The position numbers and the translations under genes are program-made. From Minisyncoccota bacterium (GTDB lineage: Bacteria > Patescibacteriota > Minisyncoccia > Phycocordibacterales > UBA1006), in the NCBI GenBank assembly GCA_021209525.1, contig JAJOIF010000009.1, forward strand, positions 22,285-86,284: a DNA stretch of 64,000 bases. Direction: 5' to 3'. Positions 26,902 through 36,720 of the stretch are shown here, one piece after another (the stretch's first letter is position 1; each line of letters starts with the position of its first letter). The notes beneath the pieces were generated by a model. That model worked only from the letters and a program-made list of their open reading frames with translations, was not told where the DNA came from and made no database searches.

Positions 26902-27243
26902 ATGTCACGCAGTGTAAAAAAAGGTCCATACATAGATGTAAAGCTCTTGAAGAAAATCGAGGGCAAAACCCCGGAACAAGCTGGTGTTATTAAAACATGG
27001 GCACGCAGCTCAATGATTCCACCGGAATTCGTAGGTTTCACCTTCGGAGTCCACAATGGTCGAAAACATATTGATGTATTTGTTACCGAAGACATGATCG
27101 GTCACCGTCTTGGAGAATTCTCACCATCACGCACCTTCTACAAACACGGAGGTAAAATGCAGAAAGAACTTGAACAACGCAAACGCGAAGCCGAAATTGC
27201 AGCAGCAAAAGCAGCTCGCGCATCTGCTGATTCAAAGAAATAA
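26902..27243 (+). CDS. rpsS: 30S ribosomal protein S19 (with a Lys/Ala-rich C-terminal tail)
   Basis: [20 protein letters not shown]...[18 protein letters not shown] matches S19. Confidence 0.9.
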   Translation: MSRSVKKGPYIDVKLLKKIEGKTPEQAGVIKTWARSSMIPPEFVGFTFGVHNGRKHIDVFVTEDMIGHRLGEFSPSRTFYKHGGKMQKELEQRKREAEIAAAKAARASADSKK

Positions 27244-27263
27244 AGTAATTAATCATTTATTCT

Positions 27264-27611
27264 ATGAAAGCATATCTTAAAAATTATCGTCAATCACCTC
27301 GCAAGGTCCGTCTCGTTGTAGACGCCGTTCGCGGAAAACGTGTTGCTGACGCACTTACCCAATTAGATTTCATGCCCAAGCGAGCATCTCGCGCCGTATC
27401 AAAACTCATTGCGTCTGCTGCAGCTAATGCTACACAAAACTTCAATGTTGACGCATCGACTCTTTCTGTCAAAGAAATTCGCGTAGACGAAGGAATGACG
27501 CTCAAGCGCATTCGCCCACGATCACGCGGTATGGCACATCGCATTAACAAACGAACAAGCAACATCATGGTTACTCTTGCTCCTATCGAAGCAAAAACCA
27601 AAAAAGCTTAG
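27264..27611 (+). CDS. rplV: 50S ribosomal protein L22
   Basis: MKAYLKNYRQSPRKVRLVVDAVRGKRVADAL matches L22. Confidence 0.9.
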   Translation: MKAYLKNYRQSPRKVRLVVDAVRGKRVADALTQLDFMPKRASRAVSKLIASAAANATQNFNVDASTLSVKEIRVDEGMTLKRIRPRSRGMAHRINKRTSNIMVTLAPIEAKTKKA

Positions 27612-27639
27612 TCATTAATCATTTACGTATTATTTATCT

Positions 27640-28308
27640 ATGAGTCATAATGTTCACCCTTATGCACACCGGTTGGTAACCCTCCGCGATTGGAAATCAC
27701 GTTGGTTCGCTGGTAACAAAAAGAACTATACTGAGTTATTGCGCGCTGATATTCTTATCCGAGAATACCTCGAAAAGAAATTACGCAGTGCCTATGTTGC
27801 CGACATCGAAATTGAACGATCACGCAAAGCAACTCGTATTATCATCCACACATCACGCCCAGGTATGGTGATTGGACGTCAAGGAGAAGGAGCGAAGAAA
27901 ATTCGCCAAGACCTCTTGACCTTTATGAAAAAGAACAATATCAATACCGCAGAAGATTTCCGTATTGATATTGCAGAAGTTGCAAATCCTGACGCAAATG
28001 CAAAAATCGTTTCTCATATGATTGTTGAAGCACTTGAAAAACGTATGCCATTCCGTCGTGTACTTAAACAAACACTTGATAAGGTAATGGCTGTGCGCGG
28101 CGTTAAAGGAGCAAAAATTAGTCTTTCGGGCCGTCTTGGTGGAGCAGAAATGTCACGCAAAGAAGAGCTCAAGAAAGGTGGAGTTCCTCTCCAATTCATT
28201 CGCGGAGATATTGATTACGCAACAAATACCGCACGTCTTTCATACGGAGGAATTGGTATTAAAGTCTGGATTTATAAGGGCGATAGTCTAGAACAAGGAC
28301 AAAAGTAA
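27640..28308 (+). CDS. rpsC: 30S ribosomal protein S3
   Basis: The KH domain plus S3 C-terminal domain are present, including ...GRLGGAEMSRKEELKKGGVPLQFIRGDIDYA. Confidence 0.9.
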   Translation: MSHNVHPYAHRLVTLRDWKSRWFAGNKKNYTELLRADILIREYLEKKLRSAYVADIEIERSRKATRIIIHTSRPGMVIGRQGEGAKKIRQDLLTFMKKNNINTAEDFRIDIAEVANPDANAKIVSHMIVEALEKRMPFRRVLKQTLDKVMAVRGVKGAKISLSGRLGGAEMSRKEELKKGGVPLQFIRGDIDYATNTARLSYGGIGIKVWIYKGDSLEQGQK

Positions 28309-28323
28309 TTAACCAAAATATAT

Positions 28324-28755
28324 ATGTTATTTCCAAAAAAAGTAAAACATCGAAAATGGCACACGGATCGTAAAAATCCAAATCGTGTTGCCACTCGAAA
28401 AGCTACACGCGGTACAACACTCCATTTTGGATCTTTTGGTCTCAAAGCTACCTCATCAGCTCGTATCAAATCAAACCAAATTGAATCAAGCCGTAAAGTA
28501 ATTTCTCGAACCATCGGAAAACTTGGACAATATTGGATTCGTATTTTTCCTGACCGACCATATACTGCAAAAGCTGCAGAAGTAGGTATGGGTAAGGGGA
28601 AAGGAGATCCTCAAGGATTCTGTTTTGAAGTAGAACCAGGTCGTATTATGTTCGAAGTAGACAATGTTACCGAAGAAGTGGCTCGCGAGGCTCTTCGCAA
28701 AGCGGCAACAAAGCTACCGGTGACAACAAAAATTGTTAGCAAGAACGATCTCTAG
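28324..28755 (+). CDS. rplP: 50S ribosomal protein L16
   Basis: MLFPKKVKHRKWHTDRKN... matches L16. Confidence 0.9.
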   Translation: MLFPKKVKHRKWHTDRKNPNRVATRKATRGTTLHFGSFGLKATSSARIKSNQIESSRKVISRTIGKLGQYWIRIFPDRPYTAKAAEVGMGKGKGDPQGFCFEVEPGRIMFEVDNVTEEVAREALRKAATKLPVTTKIVSKNDL

Positions 28756-28772
28756 TTTCACTCAAACACACT

Positions 28773-28964
28773 ATGGCAAAAGATTTACAAAAAATGTCTC
28801 ACGAGGAACTTACCCAAGAACTCGTTGAAACACGAGAAAAAATACGCGTATTCACTATGGCGCACAGCTCTGGCCCAAACACCAAAGAACGCAGTGCATT
28901 ACGCAAACACGTGGCTCGCATTCTGACCACATTACAAACACAAGGTCGTAACCAACAATCATAA
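28773..28964 (+). CDS. rpmC: 50S ribosomal protein L29
   Basis: MAKDLQKMSHEELTQELVETREKI matches L29. Confidence 0.85.
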   Translation: MAKDLQKMSHEELTQELVETREKIRVFTMAHSSGPNTKERSALRKHVARILTTLQTQGRNQQS

Positions 28965-28982
28965 TACTCGTCTCATATTTCT

Positions 28983-29246
28983 ATGGATACAGCAAAACAA
29001 CAAAACAAAACTGCAAAGAAAGCACTTGTAGGGACTGTTGTCTCAGACAAAATGCAAAAAACTGTAGTTGTGCTCGTAGATCGTTTCGTGAAAGATACTA
29101 AATACAAAAAGTATTACAAAACAAACAAAAAATACAAAGCACATGATGAAACAAATCAATACAAAGTGGGCGACAAGGTCATGATTGTTGAAACCATTCC
29201 GATGTCAAAGGATAAACATTTTAAAGTTATTGGATTAAGTCAATAA
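28983..29246 (+). CDS. rpsQ: 30S ribosomal protein S17
   Basis: [36 protein letters not shown] matches S17. Confidence 0.85.
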   Translation: MDTAKQQNKTAKKALVGTVVSDKMQKTVVVLVDRFVKDTKYKKYYKTNKKYKAHDETNQYKVGDKVMIVETIPMSKDKHFKVIGLSQ

Positions 29247-29252
29247 ACGCTT

Positions 29253-29621
29253 ATGATTCAAGCAGGAACAAAAGTAATTATTACTGACAATACCGGAGCA
29301 AAGCGTGGACAAGTTTTCAAAGTTCTTGGAGGCTCAAAGCGACGCTATGCACGTATTGGAGATCTTGTAGTGCTCTCTGTAAAAAGCGCAGAACCACGCA
29401 AGATGGTAAAAAAGAAAGATGTTGTACGCGGAGTGGTTGTTCGACAACGAAAACCTTTTAGACGCGCAGACGGTTCATATATTTCTTTTGACGACAATGC
29501 AGTAGTTATTATCGAAAAAGGAAAAGAACCAAAAGGAGGGCGCATCTTTGGACCGATTCCTCGAGAAATCGCGGATCGCGGATATCAAAAAATTGCCAGC
29601 TTAGCACCCGAAGTGCTCTAG
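29253..29621 (+). CDS. rplN: 50S ribosomal protein L14
   Basis: [27 protein letters not shown] matches L14. Confidence 0.9.
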   Translation: MIQAGTKVIITDNTGAKRGQVFKVLGGSKRRYARIGDLVVLSVKSAEPRKMVKKKDVVRGVVVRQRKPFRRADGSYISFDDNAVVIIEKGKEPKGGRIFGPIPREIADRGYQKIASLAPEVL

Positions 29622-29656
29622 GTCGAATGCGTTATACGCACTAACTCATACTACAT

Positions 29657-29953
29657 ATGAAGATTAAAAAAGGAGATAAGGTAATGGTGATTACCGGAAA
29701 AGATAAAGGTGTCACCGGAACTGTTGTAAAAGCTCTTCCTAAAACAGAACAAGTTGTTGTTGAAGGCGTGAACATCAAAAAGAAAAATGTACGCGCCCAA
29801 CAAGGAGGAGGTATCATTGATATCACCACACCTATTCATGTTTCAAATGTGATGATTCTTGACCCAAAAACAAAGAAACCTTCACGTATTGGCAAGAAAA
29901 AAGTAGGTGACGCATATGTTCGCGTAGCGGTAAAAAGCAACCAAGAAATTTAA
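29657..29953 (+). CDS. rplX: 50S ribosomal protein L24
   Basis: MKIKKGDKVMVITGKDKGVTGTVVKALPK is the L24 KOW domain. Confidence 0.9.
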   Translation: MKIKKGDKVMVITGKDKGVTGTVVKALPKTEQVVVEGVNIKKKNVRAQQGGGIIDITTPIHVSNVMILDPKTKKPSRIGKKKVGDAYVRVAVKSNQEI

Positions 29954-29978
29954 ACATAATTTTGTATCATAACTCACT

Positions 29979-30524
29979 ATGGAAAGCGTAAAAGAAAAAC
30001 AAAAGAAAGCATACGAAGCTATGAAAGCAGAATTTGGTTATGCAAATAGTATGGCTGCTCCACGCATTACCAAAGTAACCATCAATATTGGTACTGGAAA
30101 GCGTAGCCGCAATGACCGCAACTTTAACGAGCTCGTTACTGACCGTATTGCAAAAATCACAGGTCAAAAACCTGCTATCCGCGGTGCTAAAAAATCAATC
30201 GCTGGTTTCAAGATTCGTACCAATGACCCTGTAGGACAATTGGTGACCCTTCGTGGTCCTCGCATGTTCACATTCTTGGACAAACTCATTGATATCGCGC
30301 TTCCACGAACCAAAGACTTCCGTGGTCTCAAGCGATCATCAGTAGATGCTATGGGAAATATGACCCTTGGTATCAAAGAACACACTATCTTCCCTGAATG
30401 CTCAGAAGAAGAAATTCGTGATGTGTTTGGATTCTCAATTACCATCACCACCACTGCAAAAACAAAAGCAGAAGCTATGAAGTTCCTAGAACTTATCGGC
30501 ATGCCTTTTGTAAAAGCAGCATAA
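29979..30524 (+). CDS. rplE: 50S ribosomal protein L5
   Basis: ...ITKVTINIGTG...FRGL... matches L5. Confidence 0.9.
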   Translation: MESVKEKQKKAYEAMKAEFGYANSMAAPRITKVTINIGTGKRSRNDRNFNELVTDRIAKITGQKPAIRGAKKSIAGFKIRTNDPVGQLVTLRGPRMFTFLDKLIDIALPRTKDFRGLKRSSVDAMGNMTLGIKEHTIFPECSEEEIRDVFGFSITITTTAKTKAEAMKFLELIGMPFVKAA

Positions 30525-30545
30525 TGTATACTTGTTGACACTCTC

Positions 30546-30574
30546 TAAAAACCTCATTTGTGAGGGTTTTTGTG
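30546..30574 (+). terminator. Rho-independent terminator after rplE (AAAACCTCA-TTTG-TGAGGGTTTT)
   Basis: A hairpin plus T-run ends the ribosomal-protein block immediately after L5. Confidence 0.6.
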
Positions 30575-30629
30575 TACCCAAAATACTTATTTTGGTGTAT
30601 ACTGATTTGTACATTATTCATGTAATTTA

Positions 30630-31085
30630 TTGATCATTATGAAATTTATCCATAAAAATGCTCACATTATTATCCCCGCACTCGTAGTGCTCGTTGCTGT
30701 GTTTTTGATTATTCGGGGTGTTCAAAAATCAAAACAACCAGGAACATACGACGCATTTGCACAATGTCTCACCGATAATGGCGTGACCTACTACGGCGCA
30801 TTTTGGTGCCCTAATTGCCAAGCTCAAGGAGAAATGTTTGGCAAGTCAAAGAAATTCATCAACTATGTTGAATGTTCAACGCCACAACGCGGACAAAAAA
30901 CAGTGTGTCGCGAAGCAGGTATTACCTCATACCCAACATGGGACATTGGGTCAGTACGCCTTGAGGGAGTACAATCTTTTGAAACCCTTGCTATGATTTC
31001 AGGATGCGCCCTTCCTGGACAAGAATCAGTGCAAGAGGCAGACGAAACCTTATCAGAAACAAATGGACAAGAGTCAGAATTGTAA
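30630..31085 (+). CDS. Thioredoxin-fold CxxC protein (DsbA/BdbD-like partner of DsbB)
   Basis: The protein has an N-terminal TM anchor and the CxxC motif YGAFWCPNCQAQ. The adjacent gene encodes DsbB. Confidence 0.6.
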   Translation: MIIMKFIHKNAHIIIPALVVLVAVFLIIRGVQKSKQPGTYDAFAQCLTDNGVTYYGAFWCPNCQAQGEMFGKSKKFINYVECSTPQRGQKTVCREAGITSYPTWDIGSVRLEGVQSFETLAMISGCALPGQESVQEADETLSETNGQESEL

Positions 31086-31087
31086 TT

Positions 31088-31633
31088 ATGTTTATTGAAA
31101 CCTTTAATACGAGCATTGCTGTACTCGTAGTGCTCGCTCAAGTTATCGCAGCGCTCTTGTTGTACTTTGTGATTTTTTATAAGCGATTCAAAGACACAGC
31201 AGTGGTAGCATTTCTTGAGAATCAAAGCCTACGCTTGATTACTCTTGTTTCTTTTGTTGGGATAGCAGGATCGCTCACGTACTCAAATATCATTGGCTTT
31301 GAACCTTGTGTGATGTGTTGGTGGCAAAGAATTTTTCAATATCCTGTATTCATTATTTCATTCTTGGCACTCGCTCTCAAAGAAACAAGTAATCGCTTTG
31401 CTGCATATGTAGTTACACTATCGACTATTGGACTTGGATTCTCTGTATATCACTACCTTGTTCAGATGGTAGATAGTGTAACGAGCTCGTGTGATGTGTT
31501 CGGGCAAACAGCATCATGTGCAGGGTATTATGTATTTGAATTTGGATATATCACTATCCCTATGATGGCGCTCACCATATTTGTAAACACTATTTTACTC
31601 TCATTTTTTTATTACAAAAAAGTCCAAAAATGA
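31088..31633 (+). CDS. dsbB: Disulfide bond formation protein B (DsbB/BdbC family)
   Basis: EPCVMCWWQRIFQYP matches the BdbC/DsbB signature C-x-x-C-W-x-Q-R. The protein has four TM helices and a second Cys pair, SSCDVFGQTASCAG. This gene has the only TGA stop I found in the window. Confidence 0.7.
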   Translation: MFIETFNTSIAVLVVLAQVIAALLLYFVIFYKRFKDTAVVAFLENQSLRLITLVSFVGIAGSLTYSNIIGFEPCVMCWWQRIFQYPVFIISFLALALKETSNRFAAYVVTLSTIGLGFSVYHYLVQMVDSVTSSCDVFGQTASCAGYYVFEFGYITIPMMALTIFVNTILLSFFYYKKVQK

Positions 31634-31695
31634 ATTACACGCAAAGCCCAGAAATAAAAACCCTCGCGTAGTGCCAGGGTTTTTATTTATCTACT

Positions 31696-32409
31696 CTACT
31701 TGTTCTTTTTTTCTGCTTTTTCAAGCTCAACAAGATGATCTTGAATAATAATTTCTTCATTTTTTTGATGAACCACTGACTCGACTTGATTAAATCGTGA
31801 AAGGGAAAATACAATCAAGCTTCCCATAAGAATACCAAATATATTCAACGCAAAAATAGAAAAGAATGTGCTTGCGAGATCAAATTGAAAAGAACCGAAC
31901 CCAACTCCCACCATAGCGAGTGGCGGCACTAAAGAAACCGCAATAGCAACCCCTGGCAAGACTTCTGATATTTCTTTTTGTATCCAGGCAAGTGTTGCTG
32001 CTCCACCAGCAGCAATAGCAACTATAAAGTAGAGAAGTGATGTGCGCAAGGAATCATGAATAAGTGTAAATTCTTGAGGCGCACCAAAAAGAACAGTGAG
32101 TAGAACCCCGAGTACAAACACATAGAAAAATGACTTGATCAGAAATTTTGAAACACGACCCACAAGCAACAGATCCCCAACAGAGAAACCGAGTGCAATG
32201 ACGAGCACAGGAGTCAAAAGCGGCGTCACCAACATGCCCCCAATGACAATAGCCGTATTATTAAGGAGTAATCCGGCGGTAATAATAACACTTGAAATAC
32301 TTAAAAGTGCATAATACGAAAAGTCTGGACGGCTTTTTTCAATAAGTTCTTGAACGGTGCGGTATTGCACATCAGGAGATATTGTGAATGATGATTCTGT
32401 GTGTTTCAT
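31696..32409 (-). CDS. Hypothetical polytopic membrane protein (DUF389-like)
   Basis: The hydrophobicity pattern is the only support. Confidence 0.45.
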   Translation of the reverse strand: MKHTESSFTISPDVQYRTVQELIEKSRPDFSYYALLSISSVIITAGLLLNNTAIVIGGMLVTPLLTPVLVIALGFSVGDLLLVGRVSKFLIKSFFYVFVLGVLLTVLFGAPQEFTLIHDSLRTSLLYFIVAIAAGGAATLAWIQKEISEVLPGVAIAVSLVPPLAMVGVGFGSFQFDLASTFFSIFALNIFGILMGSLIVFSLSRFNQVESVVHQKNEEIIIQDHLVELEKAEKKNK

Positions 32410-32428
32410 AGATGGATAGAGATATGGA

Positions 32429-33169
32429 TTATACTGCCATCAAAATATCAATATATGCCCAAAATCCGTCATTGCCTTTTTCCTCAGCAATACATTCTGA
32501 AGCAAGTGATTTCACCACTGAATTTTGAGAAAGAATAGGGAATTGACGATATACCCAATTCACATCATTGCGACGATCTACAATAGTATGCAATGTTCCG
32601 TGCAGTCTCTTACAAAAACCACACTCCATATCTGAGTACTCGATAATAGTGTACTCAGCATCCGGATTTCCTAGAATATGATCTGCGTCACGCACCGCCA
32701 TAATGTTTCGAGACAGTTCACTCTCTGGGCTTTCAATAGTAAAGACACGGTCTCCACTTGCAATAAAACTTGATTGCCCCTCAGCGAGTGCTCCTAAAAT
32801 TCCTTCCCACACCGCTTGTTCTTGAGCACCTTGTACGAGTACGGTGCGCCCATCGCGAGCAAGAATAATACTGTGCGGCGTACCTGTTCCTCCGGTAAGG
32901 CGTGCATTATCAATATCTGCTTCTATTTTTGCAATTTGGTTTTCGCCATTTTCAAGACATGCTGTGAGCGTATCAACATCTGCACCAATTGCTTCTGCTG
33001 CAGCAAAAATGTCCATTGCTTGAGTGGCTTGGTCTTGACCGATTGGCGCACCTCCTTGATTCACCCCTCTGCCACCAAAGGCAAAAATGATCCCGATAGC
33101 AATAATGACGCTTCCTAAAATAATTGCTCCTGGTAATGAAATTTTTTCTGTAGATGTATTTTCTGACAT
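32429..33169 (-). CDS. DsbA-like thiol:disulfide oxidoreductase with an N-terminal membrane anchor
   Basis: The protein carries the CxxC motif EYSDMECGFCKRLH and a thioredoxin-fold GTGTPHSIIL cis-Pro region. Confidence 0.6.
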   Translation of the reverse strand: MSENTSTEKISLPGAIILGSVIIAIGIIFAFGGRGVNQGGAPIGQDQATQAMDIFAAAEAIGADVDTLTACLENGENQIAKIEADIDNARLTGGTGTPHSIILARDGRTVLVQGAQEQAVWEGILGALAEGQSSFIASGDRVFTIESPESELSRNIMAVRDADHILGNPDAEYTIIEYSDMECGFCKRLHGTLHTIVDRRNDVNWVYRQFPILSQNSVVKSLASECIAEEKGNDGFWAYIDILMAV

Positions 33170-33343
33170 ACGATTTATATACTTACTTATATGAATAACC
33201 TATTTATTGTACCACAAAATAGGCAAGGGGTGTGTGTTTCTGAGCGACTTGCTTTCAAGACAAGCGTGTACAAAAATTATTGACTTTTTTATGTCGTTGT
33301 GTTAATATTTGATAAATTTTCTAACCTTGTAAATTAAAAAAAA

Positions 33344-35491
33344 ATGAACAAAAAAATCATCCTTGTTATCTTTTTAGTATTCATGGCATTGTGCCTGTTT
33401 TCAGTAACACAAGCCCAAAATACCTCCGGATCCTTGAATCCAGTAAACACATCAACCATTTCTCATAATCAAGCTCTCTTGGAGGGCGCTGTTGTGGGGA
33501 GTAGTAACCCGGTGTTTGTGTATGCGGAGTGTCGTATAGGATCAGGTAATTGGAACACTGTTTCAGACACCTTAACCCTAAATGCGCCCACACCGACAGC
33601 TGTACAAATATTCGCTCAGAACCTGAGCGGAAATACCACGTACGAATGTCGTTTAGCAACGTATCTACTTGATACTGCGCAAAACAGTATTGGAGCAAAT
33701 GTGTCTAATACGCGAACATTCACTACATTACTTGCACCGCAAGTACCTGTGACAAGCAATGCCACGGTAATTAATCCAACACTTACCACCCTGACGGTGC
33801 GTTTCAATTATGTGTGTGGTAATACGCCCACGACATATACGATTCGCTATGGTACGAGCCCGCTCGTGCCACAATCAGTAGATGTGGTGGTTGCAGGATC
33901 AGGAACAACTGATGTGCTGCTGACAAACTTAAACCCAGCAACGCTCTATTACGTAGAAATTCAAGGATACAATTCTTTATTTTTCTTTGGTAATGTTGCA
34001 ACAGCTACAGGAACAACTACCACACCGGTTGGCCCTATGGGCTCATTGATTAATATCATTCCAGCTGATTACAGCATACAAATGGATGTGATTATTATCC
34101 CTGAACTGAATACTGTAAATGGCCTGGTTCATCTTGTGCATAATGGCACAGTAGAAAATGAATGGACTATCAACGGTGTGCAAAATGTAGATACATTTAC
34201 TATAACGTTAGGTGCTTTACCTATTACTTCGTATCAGTTACGATTGTATATTGATGCTGGTGCGGGTTTCGTTCTCAAAGATGTAAAAAATGTAACTACG
34301 GTCAACTGCCCAGAGCCTGTTATTTCATATAATTGGTTCTTGAATCCAGACACAACACTTCATTTGGATGTATTCTTGGATGCAGACAGTGTGCCACCAT
34401 TTGGTACCAATTTGTTTCTCACGATTCAAAATCTAGGAACAGGATTTATGTTTTATGACAATATAGTATTGACCCAAGTATATGGATCTGAGTCTATATC
34501 ATTCATGCTCAATGAGCTTGAATATGAGTCACTCTATAGGGTAACACTACGCGCAGAAGGTAATTGTGGAAATGTAACTGAAACATTCCTTTTTACAACT
34601 CCTGCAAAAATACTTCCTGATCCGCCTGTATTGCAATTTTTGAATTGGAGCAATCCAACCATCAATAGCATGCGTGTGCCCTTTACTCTTCAAGGTTCTG
34701 AGCTCATGAGCGTGAGGTACACCCTTACCAATACAACAACAAGCACGACTCTTGATGTTGATCAGGAACTGTATGTAGGTATTGGAAGTGGTATGTATGA
34801 ACCAGTATTCGCAGAATATAATCCTGGTCAAAACTTCACCCTTACCGTAACGGTGAGTTATGTGGATTATCCGCAGGTTACTACCACAGAGAATATTAAT
34901 CTCTTTACACAACAAGGTGCCGTACCCGATGTATTCTTGAGCCTTGTATCGGTAGATACAAATTTTGCCGAAGTAAGTATCACATTTTCTGCTGGTGGCT
35001 GGATAACATTTGCAGATGTGCTTTCATTTACACCTCTTGATGTGCTGTCGACTGATTATTTTTTCCTTGGAAGAAATGATTCTGTGTACAGCTTATTGCT
35101 TTTTAATCTTGAACCAAATACGCTTGTAACCGTTCGCGGAAAAATTATAAGTAATGAATTTGGAACTCGCCAAAAAGAAATACAGTTTCACACTCTTCAA
35201 GAAGAAGACACAACTGGCGGAGGAGGCAATCCACCACCGCCACCACCTATCACCTCTATCAAGGATGCCAAAGATGATATATTTTTGAATCCTTATGGAA
35301 CGATAACAACAGAAAAAAATGTTGTCCTGAGCATCTACACATTGCTAGGGCAAAAACTTTTTTCACAAACAATTTCTGCAGGAAGTCACTCATTTGAAAA
35401 ACCTTCGGCTGCCGGTGTATACATATACACTATTGACGCCCAAGAAGATGGACACATGATTCGTTTTTCTGAAAAGTACTACCTAGAGTAG
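33344..35491 (+). CDS. Large secreted or cell-surface protein with FN3-like repeats, a poly-Pro linker and a C-terminal beta-sandwich sorting-tail-like domain
   Basis: The signal peptide is MNKKIILVIFLVFMALCLFSVTQAQ. It is followed by repeated TxYxxxL/YYVEIQGYN modules and the linker GGGGNPPPPPP. The C-terminus NPYGTITTEKNVVLSIYTLLGQKLFSQTISAGSHSFEKPSAAGVYIYTI resembles T9SS/Por C-terminal tails. Confidence 0.55.
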   Translation: MNKKIILVIFLVFMALCLFSVTQAQNTSGSLNPVNTSTISHNQALLEGAVVGSSNPVFVYAECRIGSGNWNTVSDTLTLNAPTPTAVQIFAQNLSGNTTYECRLATYLLDTAQNSIGANVSNTRTFTTLLAPQVPVTSNATVINPTLTTLTVRFNYVCGNTPTTYTIRYGTSPLVPQSVDVVVAGSGTTDVLLTNLNPATLYYVEIQGYNSLFFFGNVATATGTTTTPVGPMGSLINIIPADYSIQMDVIIIPELNTVNGLVHLVHNGTVENEWTINGVQNVDTFTITLGALPITSYQLRLYIDAGAGFVLKDVKNVTTVNCPEPVISYNWFLNPDTTLHLDVFLDADSVPPFGTNLFLTIQNLGTGFMFYDNIVLTQVYGSESISFMLNELEYESLYRVTLRAEGNCGNVTETFLFTTPAKILPDPPVLQFLNWSNPTINSMRVPFTLQGSELMSVRYTLTNTTTSTTLDVDQELYVGIGSGMYEPVFAEYNPGQNFTLTVTVSYVDYPQVTTTENINLFTQQGAVPDVFLSLVSVDTNFAEVSITFSAGGWITFADVLSFTPLDVLSTDYFFLGRNDSVYSLLLFNLEPNTLVTVRGKIISNEFGTRQKEIQFHTLQEEDTTGGGGNPPPPPPITSIKDAKDDIFLNPYGTITTEKNVVLSIYTLLGQKLFSQTISAGSHSFEKPSAAGVYIYTIDAQEDGHMIRFSEKYYLE

Positions 35492-35506
35492 TGCGATTAT
35501 ATTTTC

Positions 35507-35540
35507 AAAGCCCTTATCCTCTGTGGTAAGGGCTTTTTTG
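35507..35540 (+). terminator. Rho-independent terminator (AAGCCCTTA..TAAGGGCTT plus T6)
   Basis: A hairpin plus T-run follows the 33344 gene. Confidence 0.6.
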
Positions 35541-35679
35541 TGTATTTGGGTTCTACATACATTACACAGGGAACACGGCATATTCTCTACTTGCTTTTTT
35601 ATATAAAATATGCTATTGTTCTCTTATCTTCGCTTTTATTATTAGTTTAGTGAAGCTTACGGCTATATGGCCATTTCTT

Positions 35680-35946
35680 ATGCTGACAACACGTAAAAAA
35701 CAAACAATCATCAAAAACTACCAACAAGCTGACAATGACACTGGTTCACCAGAAGTACAAGTTGCTTTGCTTACCAAACAAATTGAAGAACTTACTGGTC
35801 ACCTTCAAAACCACAAAAAAGACCTCCACTCACGACGAGGACTTATCAAAATGGTTTCAACACGACGCAAACTCTTGAAATACCTCAAAGGTCAAGACAT
35901 TGCTCGCTACGAAGCACTCATTCAAAGCCTTGGCTTGAAAAAGTAA
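35680..35946 (+). CDS. rpsO: 30S ribosomal protein S15
   Basis: [51 protein letters not shown] matches S15. I placed the start at the internal Met, so it is approximate. Confidence 0.85.
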   Translation: MLTTRKKQTIIKNYQQADNDTGSPEVQVALLTKQIEELTGHLQNHKKDLHSRRGLIKMVSTRRKLLKYLKGQDIARYEALIQSLGLKK

Positions 35947-35953
35947 TCTTCAA

Positions 35954-35987
35954 AAAATTCTGCTCGGTGCGAGCAGAATTTTTTTTA
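35954..35987 (+). terminator. Rho-independent terminator (AATTCTGCTCG-GTG-CGAGCAGAATT plus T8)
   Basis: A hairpin plus T-run follows rpsO. Confidence 0.65.
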
Positions 35988-36081
35988 CACACCTCTCGTC
36001 ACGGAATACTCATCTAAAATATTTTTACAATGAGTCTTCGTGGTATACTGAAAGAGAGAATTATTTCTCATTATATATTGT

Positions 36082-36627
36082 ATGTCTAATATTAAACACC
36101 CAGAACAACGCATCGGCGTATTTATCGATGCACAAAATTTATATCACTCAGCAAAACATCTCTATCGCACTCATGTGCACTTTGGAAATATTTTGACTGA
36201 CGTCGTTGCAAAACGAAAACTCATCCGCGCAGTTGCGTATGTGATCACCTCAGAATCAGGAGAAGAAAAAACTTTTTTTGAAGCACTTAACAAAGTTGGT
36301 ATTGAAACAAAAACAAAAGATCTCCAAATATTTTTTGGTGGTGCCAAAAAAGCCGACTGGGATGTTGGGCTCGCTGTTGACGCAATCACCATGGCACCCA
36401 AGCTCGACGCGCTCGTTCTCGTCTCAGGAGATGGTGACTATGTGCCTATGGTAGAATACTTGCAAAAACATTCCGGCGTACAAGTTGAGGTTGCATCATT
36501 TGGCAAATCAACTTCAGCGCACTTGCGCGAAGTGGCAGATGATTTTCTCGATCTGTCTGAAAATCAATCACGCTATTTGATCAAGAAAAAACGCCCTGCC
36601 AAAAATACGCGCATCAAGAAAAAATAA
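36082..36627 (+). CDS. NYN-domain (LabA-like) putative ribonuclease
   Basis: IGVFIDAQNLYHSAK...LVLVSGDGDYVPMVEYLQ is the NYN/PIN-like acidic signature. Confidence 0.7.
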   Translation: MSNIKHPEQRIGVFIDAQNLYHSAKHLYRTHVHFGNILTDVVAKRKLIRAVAYVITSESGEEKTFFEALNKVGIETKTKDLQIFFGGAKKADWDVGLAVDAITMAPKLDALVLVSGDGDYVPMVEYLQKHSGVQVEVASFGKSTSAHLREVADDFLDLSENQSRYLIKKKRPAKNTRIKKK

Positions 36628-36720
36628 TTTCTGACATCAAAAAACTTACCTAGGAAGTACACGTGAAAAAATCCCTCAAACATTTTGTTTGAGGGATTTT
36701 ATTTTTTCTTTACTGATTGC

